DNA of 43,905 nucleotides, the filler included, from Catajapyx aquilonaris (lineage: Eukaryota): the NCBI GenBank assembly GCA_000934665.2. It is 2 parts of 2 records of this genome, joined end to end, with 100 filler letters (N's around TTAATTAATTAA, not from the genome) between each part and the next. Parts side by side here need not be neighbours in the genome. Positions count along the whole stretch, not along the records: positions 22,014 to 43,905 come from JYFJ02005950.1; 1 more part is not named here. One strand, given 5' to 3'. The translations under genes were made by a program, and so were the position numbers. The notes below the pieces were generated by a model, which did not search any database, had not been told where the DNA came from, and saw only the letters and a program-made list of their open reading frames with translations. This document shows, one piece after another, positions 21,914 to 32,501 of this stretch. Positions within the stretch are counted from its first letter, which is position 1. Each line of letters opens with the position of its first letter.

Positions 21914-22013
21914 NNNNNNNNNNNNNNNNNNNNNNNNNNNNNNNNNNNNNNNNNNNNTTAATTAATTAANNNNNNNNNNNNNNNNNNNNNNNNNNNNNNN
22001 NNNNNNNNNNNNN
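21914..22013. other. Artificial contig-joining spacer (N44-TTAATTAATTAA-N44)
   Basis: Exactly 100 bp and symmetric. TTAATTAATTAA places stop codons in all six frames, a known pseudomolecule linker. Confidence 0.93.
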
Positions 22014-22096
22014 TCCCACAGATTCACCCGAGATTCCACAGATTCACCCGGGATTCCCCGGGATTCATCCTGGAAACGTACGAGATTCACCCGATT
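22014..22096 (+). repeat. Degenerate minisatellite, 10-11-bp units (GATTCACCCGA / GATTCCCACA)
   Basis: Directly visible at the start of the right-hand segment. Confidence 0.75.
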
Positions 22097-22515
22097 GTCC
22101 GACCCCTTGGTGTCGTTCCATTTGCGCCAGTGAATGTTTAATAGAATCTCTATAGTAGTATACAGAACTGCATATTTTTATACGAGAACTGTACATCAAT
22201 TTAGCAATTCTATACTTTTGGACTAGTGTTCAGATATGACGTCTCGACTACAGAACAAGCCTGCTAACTACGTATTTAGCATATGTACATACATAGACAG
22301 TTCTTTAATAAAGTAGCAACACGGCTTGCCAGTCGAGGTTTGTTCCGTCATTTTCACGTCCTGCTATTGCACGGGCAGCCTGTGTAAATATTCAGACGAA
22401 CTATACTGTATGCAACTGCGGCTAATAAACAATGTGACTATGTCACAGAGTATCATGACAGGAAGAAACCCCAGTATTCAAATGCTTCACTGTCTGCTTG
22501 TAGTTCTCTCGTAGA

Positions 22516-22582
<67 letters not shown>
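22516..22582. repeat. (TTA)n microsatellite
   Basis: About 22 perfect units. Confidence 0.97.
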
Positions 22583-23430
22583 TGGTGCGACATTTTATCT
22601 AGTCTTGAAAGAGCGAACTGGAGTACCGTATATTCTTGATCCCAATTATTCTAGAGCTGACCTGGCCCGCCTGGTCTTATTTCCGGAGCTATCAGTCTGC
22701 TCACCAGGGATCAAAGGTGAGCCGAGCCACTTTTGGGATAGCTGGACACAAAACGCTCCCCATTCCCAGCCCACCATACCTCCCACCATACTCCACCCCC
22801 TGAAAAGAGTGCTCTTTCAAAGTGCACTCGGAATATTCTTTCCCCTTTCAGCCGCCTGTCTTTGAAATGAGAGAAGCCATTTTGCAAGAGAGGAAAATTG
22901 AATTATTTTCCCCGCCTTCCCCCTCCCAGCCGCCTCCCCAAGTTTCCATTCGCCTTGTAAAATGTTCCCCTTGGGAGGTCACTAACTATGTCAAAGTTGG
23001 GTCAATTAATCTGCGGGCGAGCGTGCCATGCAGCCAATAAAAAGCAACAATCGGCCTCGACAGCCACACCGACGCCATTTGCTAATGAAGACCTCAATCA
23101 ACATTTACCGAGTGCAAAATGGGGTCCATTCTGGGCCAGGGTGGACAGGGGTGGGGGGTGGGGGGAACACACGTCCATTGAATGCCGTTTAATTTGTATG
23201 CCAGGAAGAAAAGGCGTGAAATGCTGCCCTTTTGTACCGCAATTGGCGCAATTGTAAGGAGCTCGTGCGGACGCAAATGGGTTTCCGGTCCCAGGAATAC
23301 ATGTCCTCCAGGGATCATATATGCGACGATGATAATATGCCGCGTGTAACTATCAGTCCGAATCTCGCCCCTGCTTCCTGTCGCCTCAGATTCACATATG
23401 AGGGGGCGTCATGTAAATTCTCAACATGAA

Positions 23431-23572
23431 GGTGAATTTACATGTGAGCGATTTGTCGAGCGAAATCTTCGCCGAGGGTGAGTAACCCAATATTGTTTGA
23501 GGCGAAAATCGGTTGTTAGTTTCAGCCTCGGAGAAAATTTCGCTCGTCAAATCGCTCACATGTAAACGTAGT
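23431..23572. mobile_element. Small Harbinger-like MITE related to 7535-7979
   Basis: TTTACATGTGAGCGATTTGTCGAGCGAAAT (23437-) pairs with ATTTCGCTCGTCAAATCGCTCACATGTAAA (-23566). Confidence 0.75.
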
Positions 23573-23573
23573 A

Positions 23574-24046
23574 TGGGGCTCAAATTGTATTGGCCATTTT
23601 ATCCTGGTCTTGAAACAACCCTTCGCACAGGCCCCACGGTGAGGATGTGTGTACGGGTCTTGCATTAGCTCAGGGGACGGAAGTTTGTGTGTTTTTGTGA
23701 TTTTACTATAGCTGTGGGGACATTTTCAGGTCCCCACTAAAAAAACACGCGCTGTGTACTATTACAGTGGGGACGTAAAAAAAATAGTGGGGACATGTCC
23801 CCACTATTTTCATTCGTAGGGTTTCACAAAAGTCCATTTTTCTCAGCCTAGGTGAGTGAGGGTAGGGTAGTTTAGGTAGGGTAGGGTAGGTTAGGTTAGG
23901 TTAGGTTAGTTTACACTAGCTTCGAAAAGTGGAATTTTCACGTCCCCACAGCTAATTCAGAACAGAACTATGTGTGTGTGTCTGTGTGCGCGCGCGAAGG
24001 GTTGCTTCAAGACCAGGATAAAGTGGCCAAAACAATTTGAGCCCCA
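23574..24046. mobile_element. MITE with about 52-bp TIRs and TA flanks, interrupted by a nested element
   Basis: TA|TGGGGCTCAAATTGTATTGGCCATTTTATCCTGGTCTTGAAACAACCCTTCGC ... GCGAAGGGTTGCTTCAAGACCAGGATAAAGTGGCCAAAACAATTTGAGCCCCA|TA (3 mismatches). Confidence 0.88.
23653..23970. mobile_element. TTAGG/TAGGG-repeat-bearing element with GGGGAC/GTCCCC motifs, inserted in a (TG)n tract
   Basis: Flanked by TGTGTGT (23646-23652) and (TG)5 (23971-23980). Internal IR TAGCTGTGGGGAC / GTCCCCACAGCTA. A TAGGG/TTAGG array lies at 23861-23909. Confidence 0.65.
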
Positions 24047-27000
24047 TAGTACAGTACGTACTGTACAGTACCTTGAAGCAGCAACGCATGTGTGGCGAAA
24101 AGTATTTTTGTTTTTCAACGTTGGCCTCACAAATGTGAAAATATTTGCCAAGACTCGCCAGGACATGTTGCACACATGTCGAGTTCAAATGTTATTTTTG
24201 CAAGGACAAAAATGGCTTTTTAAATATAAATAATGTTCCATAAAATATAGATTTTGGAAAAATGCTTCCATATACAGTGTACTATACATACAGTACGTGA
24301 GGCAACCTCCGCCATAAACTAATATTTTTTATGGACCATTTTATGCAAAGGTGTCAATTGATTGGTTGCCTCAGCGTCCTTGCTGAGATAATGAGCTCTA
24401 ATGGAAAATAGCCGTACACCTTTTATTTTCAGAGCACGCTTTTGACACTTCCATTGTCTCGGCGACTGCTGACTTCATTATGACAGAGATGATTTCAAAT
24501 TTGAAAAATTTCAATCTACAGCGAAGCAGTCACTTTCGGCTTAGTGGAAAAGCAGAATTTCCTGTTGCTATAGAGTAAGCTATTAATAATTTAATTATTT
24601 GCAAATTGTACCTGCTACAAATAAGCACGTCACCAGAGAGCTGAGTTGCATACAATAATAATGGCGTCAAATAATCCGTGAAATGAACTTTCCGAATGCA
24701 ATCCAGTGCTGTAAAGGCCCGTAGCCTATATAGGTGGCGTCTTCTACCGCAAGAGTGCATTTACAAATCCTCCTCCTCCTCCTCCTCCTCCCCCTTTTTC
24801 ACTTCCCCCAAATTTATCCCAACAAGACGGAGCCAAAGCAAGACCATTTCTTGAGCAAAGGAGTAATTCCCAGCGGCCCAATCCATCCGCCGAATTTGAA
24901 GCGGGAGATTGAAAAAGGGCGTGCTGAGGTCATTAGCATGCAGCAAAGGCCGCCCGAAAAGGAAGCTTTGCTGATAAATTTCCCCACAAAGGGACCCTAC
25001 TTTTTTCTTCCTGCTGCCTTCAATGTTGCTTTGCAAATAAGACTGCGGGGGAAGGCGGGAGGGGGCCTTCACACGTTCGCATGCCGCACACTCAACTTCA
25101 TTTGCACCCAAAATGGCGAACCATACAGCCTGATTCCTAGCGGCACCTTTTTTTCCTTTTCTTTTTTTTTTGCTGAGCATAGTTTTTGGCAAAAACCAAT
25201 TTGAGGAGAGGCCGATTTATCGCGGCTTGCTCCAGAATTCGTCAGTCTTTTGAGCACCTAAGCGATGGGCCCCCTTGCCATTATTGTGCCAGGGCTTCAG
25301 GAAGGATGGCGGCCATTTGCTGCACAAGTGGTCTCTCCCCCACCCTCTCCACTGCCAGCCTCTTGGCATTCCGGTTTTATAGCCTCCACAATCAATTTAG
25401 GATCAATTCACACTTTGCCCACTTGGTATTAACACGTGCGGCATTGGAAAAGTTCCGCTCATAATTAGCACTGTTGGGAGTTCATTAGGCAAATTGGACA
25501 GGTTTATGGCTTAAAAGCTGCAGACTTTTACGGCTCCAGCTTTTCGTTAAGATAAACACAAATAATGGCGGTGTAAACGAGAGTGAAATATTTTTTGCCC
25601 GAACTGAATTTGCGTGACGCCGGAACAAGAAGGAAAATAAAACCACGCCTCGTATGGCATGTGTACTGTACAATGTGAGCGTAACTGCACATGGTGCCCA
25701 AGGGGATGACGGTATATTGTTTCCCCGAACATACCGATCTAGAAAAAAAAACATGACACGTCGTGTGGAAAAATCACTGCATAAATTCGCAAACTTGTGG
25801 CAGCAAGCGAAAACACCATCATGCATAAAAAGGTAAAGGCAACAATGAATATGTGTACGGCGTATAAGAGATTTTTTGTATGCCTTCTTGTCTAAGACTG
25901 TGTGGTTCTGAAAATATGTGACTCATTAAGCACCAGCTGGTAACCATGGATAAACGCCAGCTTTTGTCATTATAAGTAGCCAAGTGGGTAAGAGGCCCAA
26001 AAGCAGCACGCTCAGGAGCCTTTAACTCTTCTCCAGTAGTTTCACCACATTAAATTTTCAGAAGTAAGTGGTTGAAGAGTCTCGCTATTCCTCGACTTGA
26101 CTGCATGGTGTCGCTCTGAAAGTTGGGCGTGCAAAATGAACTTTTTTCTTCTTCTTTTTTATCAGATGAGAATTTCTACAAGTGTGGTTTTTGGTCGCTT
26201 AACATGGCGCATATCTAACTGAATATGAAATCCGGCTTAATTAGCGTTTCCCTAGTCATTGGAATCAGTTACCCGAACAAAATCTTAATTAGTATCTGGA
26301 GTATCCCCCCACCGAGTTGCAACGAACTAATTCCACGTAAAGCTGTAAGAGGCGGCAAAGTCCCCTCGGGGCCCCCCAAGTATCCGGATGAGGGTCCGGA
26401 TGCAAGTGTGCTCCGGATTTTGCCCCCTGCTGGTCTGCTAGTAATATCAAGTATCGCGGGCGGACACCTCACTTGGGACGAAGTTGCCTGCGACATGATA
26501 GGTCTGCTGCTGACTCAGACTTTCCAACACTCTCACCCCCTTCTCCCCCCCAAAAATCTATCCGAAGGTCCCAAGGCTCTGATCGAATTTTCGGGGGTTG
26601 GTGTGTCCCTTTCCTTCCTTGAGTCTGTGTCGGCGGGACACTCGCAAAAGGCGATCCCATGGATTTATGGTGACTCCTGCTGCTGTCATACACCCAGCCT
26701 TTCAAATATCAGCTTTACGGGACTCAAGCCAGGAAAGCCTAGATGCAAAAATATTAAGCTGTAAAGCATAGGCTATCAGTATGTACTGTACATAAAATAT
26801 AGAATATACAAATATATGAAAAAAGTATAGGTAACCATTCATGGTAGGCTGGACAGATGCGCATACTGTACGTCACAGCCCAACCAATGTTGATTACTGT
26901 AACAAAGTCTCGCAGACATTTTCCAAAGTTTAGCTATCGACAAACTTGGGAGTAAAAAATAGAGTGCAAAACAACTTTACAACTTCAGTGCATAGTTTGA

Positions 27001-29949
27001 CTAACATGCATCCATTCCAAACCGCTGGAAGCAAAAATAAGACACCGTACATGCTGGAAACCAGAGTTTTCGGCGTGAAACTGCTTTCGCAGAATGGAAC
27101 GCTGGACGGCTAATTTACATATTCCGCACTAAAAAGTCCCTAGGCACAATTTTAATCCACAAAACATTGCACACATTGTGACATACATACCGCAGAAACC
27201 CAGAGGAAAAGTTCGCGCCGGATAGTGCAAAAAAGAGGGATATTTCCATAAGCGTCCTCATCAGATTTGATGACCAACTTGAGACCTTCTCCTAAAGATA
27301 ATTACACGCTTAAATTTTGTACAACATGGTATATAACATGGCATAAATGGTAGTTGTCTGAATAATTCCCCCCCCCCCCAATGTTCGTTGTCTAGAAAAT
27401 ATTCTCCTGCTCATTTTTGGCATTGCATTCTATCTGCTCAAATAGGGCTGTGGTATTGAAATAAAAGGGAGTGGAAGAGGCAAAAAAAATCCAATTTCGT
27501 CAGATTATAACTGACCAGCAGCAAAAAGCAGAATGACATCAAATCCCTCCCGAATTTTTCACCCTAATTCCCGCATTTTTCCCATCAGAAGTCGATTTTT
27601 TTTTCAGCGGCAGTTGGCGCTCGGAAGTTTAGAAACGAAATTACATCTGCGAGGGGCACAATTTGCTGCAATTTGCAGCCATTTATCCGCAACTGTTAGG
27701 GCTGAAAAATGATACCCTTGCAATCCTATCTGGGGCTAAGTAGCACCAAATACCGCGCGACTCGAGAGTCACTAACGAGATCGATAACCCAATCCGCCGG
27801 CATCAAATTTGATTGCTTCACATCTGCATACACGTGGTCACAACTCGGTCCAATCGGAGGCAAACATCCGGACAAAAAATATATCTAATCGCCCTCTGCT
27901 TTTTCCCAGTCACTTGCAAATGCTCGTCAGTACAATCAAGAGAGGATTAGTGCCGGTTACTATTTCTACCAATGCTATTTTTTTGATGTTTTTTTTTTGG
28001 TCGCATTCATGCGTATTATAGCTGGTGGAAGTAATGATCAGAGAAAGAAACAAATGAATGCATGTGCAAACGCAATTCTCCTCAATATTGCTCTACTGGA
28101 AAAGGTACAATAGCAATCACTATCTGCGTAATGCATATTTATAGGGACAGAAGCAAAGTCGCAGGGAAAAGTCAACGAACAAGATGTAGATAAAAAAGAG
28201 GATCGTTGTTTTATATGGGAGGCGCGCCCTCCTGCATAGGCCATATTGTATCTGGCGGCATTATCCTGTGCTCCATCTGGATTTATTTATCGTTCCGGAC
28301 CTTGCTATTATTCATATTTCATGTAGTGCAGGGTTATGGTAGCCCTGTTTTTTTCTAGCATAGTGAAGAGTTGGGGTGGGAGAATAAATCTCCTTATCGA
28401 TCCGGGATCGACGCGACCAAAAATTTACTGGTCCCGATAAGGTCCGATTCACGTTGTGTTTCGCTGATTCCTCGTTGCGGGTCTTCTCTCGAGTACCTTT
28501 TGTTACACCTATCACGCGTCAGGAGTGTGTAAAATCACAGCATATCGCCACATCGGATAATATGCAGTGACAAAAATGACAGCTATATGTGCCTGAATGA
28601 CCGCAAATAAAAAAATCGGCCCAAAGTCTATCGGTACTTGGCTCTGTCCCACCACGTATTTCAATTTGACCTGAAAGTGCACTTGCACGGTTTTTGACAC
28701 GTCCAGACCGACAATCTTTACTACATGCCACGGGTAGAGTCTATTATAAATAAAAATCAGACCGGCTGCATCAAACTTGTGTCAGAAAATGTCGCAAGTC
28801 CTGCCGTATCAGGCCGCACTCGCAAAGGCAAAATAACGCCCCGGACAAAATAGAAGGTGCCTGGATGAGAATAGTGGTGGACAAAAGAGAGAGAGAGCAA
28901 AAAAAAAAGTTAGCGAGGATGCAAATGACAGTGTGACAGCTGCGCGACCGAGAGCCATTTGTATTCATATCAGCGGGGGCGATTGTAGCGGAGGTAGGGA
29001 CATAATACCGGGCGCAGGCAGGCCAATCCTTTCTCTGCACCACCATGTATGTGTATGCCTCTACGCGGCCTGCACTTGTATTATGCGCACAATCAATGGC
29101 CGCTGAGACACACCTTTTCAGCGGGCCTTTATCCGCAGGACTCCATCCCATTACACTGCCTGCCCACCCGGAGAATTAGAGGACTCTGGACTCGCCCGGA
29201 GAGAAACCAACCACTATATTCTTTACTATACCTGGTTTTGCCTAGGATTTGCCAATATACTGTATTTTATAAAAGGCTAGTGTTCGTCGGAGCTGTGCTG
29301 TTGACAAAGGTGATAATATAGGGCAACGTAATAATTTCTCTGCTTTTCCACTGCGGAAACACACGGTCAGCTTGGATATGAAGTAGTACATAAGGCCCTC
29401 AGCTATTTACTCGAATAAATGAGTGCCAGTAAAACAAAGTAGGGACTCTGATGTAGGCTGCACGAGCGACTACTCGCTTGTACGTACCCTTAGGCTTTAG
29501 AAATTTAAAATATAAACTTCGATGTTATTTCATTTTAGTGCAGACAATGGTGAACTGCTGGAGACCAGAGGATCTTTCAGGTTTGAAACACACTATATAA
29601 AATATTGCAGTAGGTATATGCGTCCTTCCATGTGAACTTATTTTTATATTAAAAATCTGCAGGAATTACCATGTAATCTTCAATAATTGAAACTGTGATT
29701 TCATTAGATGTAGCATGCAGTACGCGAGGCAATAAAAGTGTCATATGATGTATCCGCCATGTAGGAGATGGTATATGTATCCTTTGTTTCGTGCTAATTA
29801 GACTTAGGGAACCACATGTCCTCTGGTGCTCAAGAGTTCATACTAGACATTTTGTATGAATCATTATGAAACATGTTCATAGAACACTTCTCTGATTAAT
29901 ACTTCAAGCCGTGGGAATATTCTTTATCAGCAATATTCATGTCAGTTTG

Positions 29950-30203
29950 AGGGCGACACGGTGGCCGAGTGGTTAGCGCCGCAGCCTTCCACCTCTAAGG
30001 TCCCGAGTTCGATCCCCTGGTCGGACGGAGGATACTTATGTGGATAGAGTTTCGATGGGTTCTCTCCGTGTTCGCGTGGGTTTTCTCGGGGTTCTCCCGT
30101 TTCCTCCCACTATCAAAATCCATCACATTACAGGCAAATGATTAAAGTCGGGTATTCAAAAGATGATCCCCTAAGAGGCCCAAGGGGCTTATCACGGGGT
30201 ATC

Positions 30204-30254
<51 letters not shown>
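29950..30254 (+). mobile_element. tRNA-derived SINE with V-domain-like core, (ATT)n tail and 16-bp TSD
   Basis: A box TGGCCGAGTGG, B box GAGTTCGATCC. Core GTTCTCTCCGTGTTCGCGTGGGTTTTCTCGGGGTTCTCCCGTTTCCTCCCAC. TATTCATGTCAGTTTG is duplicated at 29934-29949 and 30255-30270. Confidence 0.93.
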
Positions 30255-30260
<6 letters not shown>

Positions 30261-32454
30261 TGTCAGTTTGTCTCGTCATTGATATGCCCAGGATATGCCT
30301 AACTGAAATATAACAAGTGTGCCTACAAAAGGTTGGAACCGTATTATGGCGAGGATTTCTTTCATTCGAGACGCTGAGCCTTTGATAAATATGGCCCTTT
30401 GTCGTTTATCCTAGATCTACCTGGCGTGATAGACGAAGACCTGCAGATTCAGAGCAACTTGGAGAACATAATAACACCCCACATCACCCCTTCTCTCAAA
30501 CCGACCTCTTCCTAAAACGAGACTGGAGCATTCATTAAGGCCTAAGCTCTTCTTACGATTAGTCGGGATAGTAAGTACACAAGAAGACGCGCTGTATTCG
30601 CCTGACCTTATTCCTTTTGACAAAAAATGTTCATCCAACCACAGCTGTACCAAGCAGGAGTGCAGACTCTTCACACTTTCGACCATGTGGTCTGGGGAGT
30701 GTCGTTCCCCTTTTGTTTACCAGATTCTTCTGCTATTAAATAGAACTTGGAATGAGGTGTTCAGTCACTCGTAATATTTCAGTGTAGTGTAGAGTCCAGC
30801 TATTGGCTATAACGAGTGGCTTCCACATCACAACGCGACCATTAATTTTCTGAACCACTCGCCTGAAAAGTTCCTTATTGGACAAAAAAAATCATAATGA
30901 TCTTACAAAGGTCCGCTCCTTCCTCAAGAGACGGAAAAAGTGCACCATAAACAGGGGGCAAGTCGTGGGCAGATCCGGAGTGATTGTGGTCCGCGCCCCG
31001 GTCTCGGACACGTCCTCCTTTAATGCTCTGGCCAAAGGGCCATCCAGACTTGACTCAGCCATAATTGAAACCTCGTTAGCGTCGCCCTCAAGGAGACAGG
31101 AACCGACCCACATTTTCCTTGGGGAATTCGGATTCTTACACTCTCCGGGCGGGACCAAGGTGCCATGAATTAATATTATTACCAGCTAGTCTCGAAACCG
31201 GTGTAGTGAGGGGGGAATCCGGAGGATCACGTGCTCCGGGGGTGGGGGATCAAAATGTCGACTCTCAGAGCGAAGGGAGGTCAAAGTGGTGACAATCAAA
31301 TAGTCGACGGGTCAAACAACCGCAATTACGGGGCACACATTTGTAGCATTGCTCGAAATATTGCTGACACTCTCGTATAGAGTCAGCTATGATTCAAACG
31401 AGCATGCGTTAGGTTCTGTCAAAATGTTGATGTGCTCACATTCATAACCTTCATCTGTGGTGCACAATAATCAGCGAGATATGTCACAAATGTCAAAATT
31501 AAATGTTTTAAAATATGTGCTCGTTGCAGGATCAGACATTAACGTGGCTTTGACATTCACCAGCTCCAACTGCTTAAGTGACTTAGCAAGATCTGTCAGT
31601 TGGACATTTTTCCAGCGTTAACAAGCATTATCTGAATTTGTCGCAGTGAGAGCCACACCCTAGTTGACATTTTATTGAATCAGAGATCTCCTTCTGAAAA
31701 CGAACAAATAAGAGAATGAGCGAGTGTGGAAGCGACAAGTTGGATGAAAGGCGAGGCATTAAGCAACTGATTTGGCGCGACACCACTAACCCAATTTGCT
31801 CTGAAAGTGTGGGTGTGGCAGCAGGGTTTAATGGGCCATCAAAGTCGGACTCATTAATCCCGGGGACCGGTGTTGCCTGCAAGTTAGGATGCACGCCATT
31901 CCACGACTCCTAATTCATTACCCTACGTCTCTATTTTGCCCAACCAAACCTGCCTAGTGAATGAGCCAAAGACCAGCACCACCTAGCCTATATGGTCCGA
32001 ATGGCTGTTGGGTCATTACCTTTATTACAACAGTAGTTATCATTTTTATTTTAAGTGAACTTCAGGTGGACTTGGTTGATCTGATGTGAGCACATTCAAC
32101 GGCCACTTGTAACAGGGAAGGATTGATTTTACTGCAAGCGAGCTTTGTTATTTATTCACTTTTCTGCCGACCTATACAGTAGCCAATTTTTATCCTCGAC
32201 CCAATACAACAAAGTTATTATTGATGTGGCTCGAAAACGATACCAGAATTGTGCATCCGTGAAGAAAAGGACGGTTGGACAGATGTCGTTTTGGCCCAGT
32301 TCCTACACCATTTTGGCACTCGCTTTACACACAAAAAAAGGACAATAATAAGACACTGGACTGCAGTGCCGAAAAAACCCATATCTGTATAGTGAAATTG
32401 ATGCATGTTTAAAGCAGACGTATCGCCAGGCTTGATGTCGGCTAAGAGTACAAA

Positions 32455-32501
32455 GACACATCCACGGACATCATCGTGACGATGATGTCCGTGGATGTGT
32501 C
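32455..32501. repeat. Perfect inverted repeat (23-bp arms, 1-nt spacer)
   Basis: GACACATCCACGGACATCATCGT-G-ACGATGATGTCCGTGGATGTGTC. Confidence 0.95.

Noticed and set aside
21958..21969. TTAATTAATTAA as a biological motif
   Set aside because: Centred within N runs, so it is a synthetic linker.
23861..23909. True telomere or chromosome-fusion scar
   Set aside because: Only a few degenerate units, and they are internal to a mobile element.
29951..30025. tRNA gene
   Set aside because: A/B boxes are present, but the sequence continues into a SINE body, tail and TSD, and there is no proper acceptor stem. The same applies to 14890-14967 and 15557-15635.
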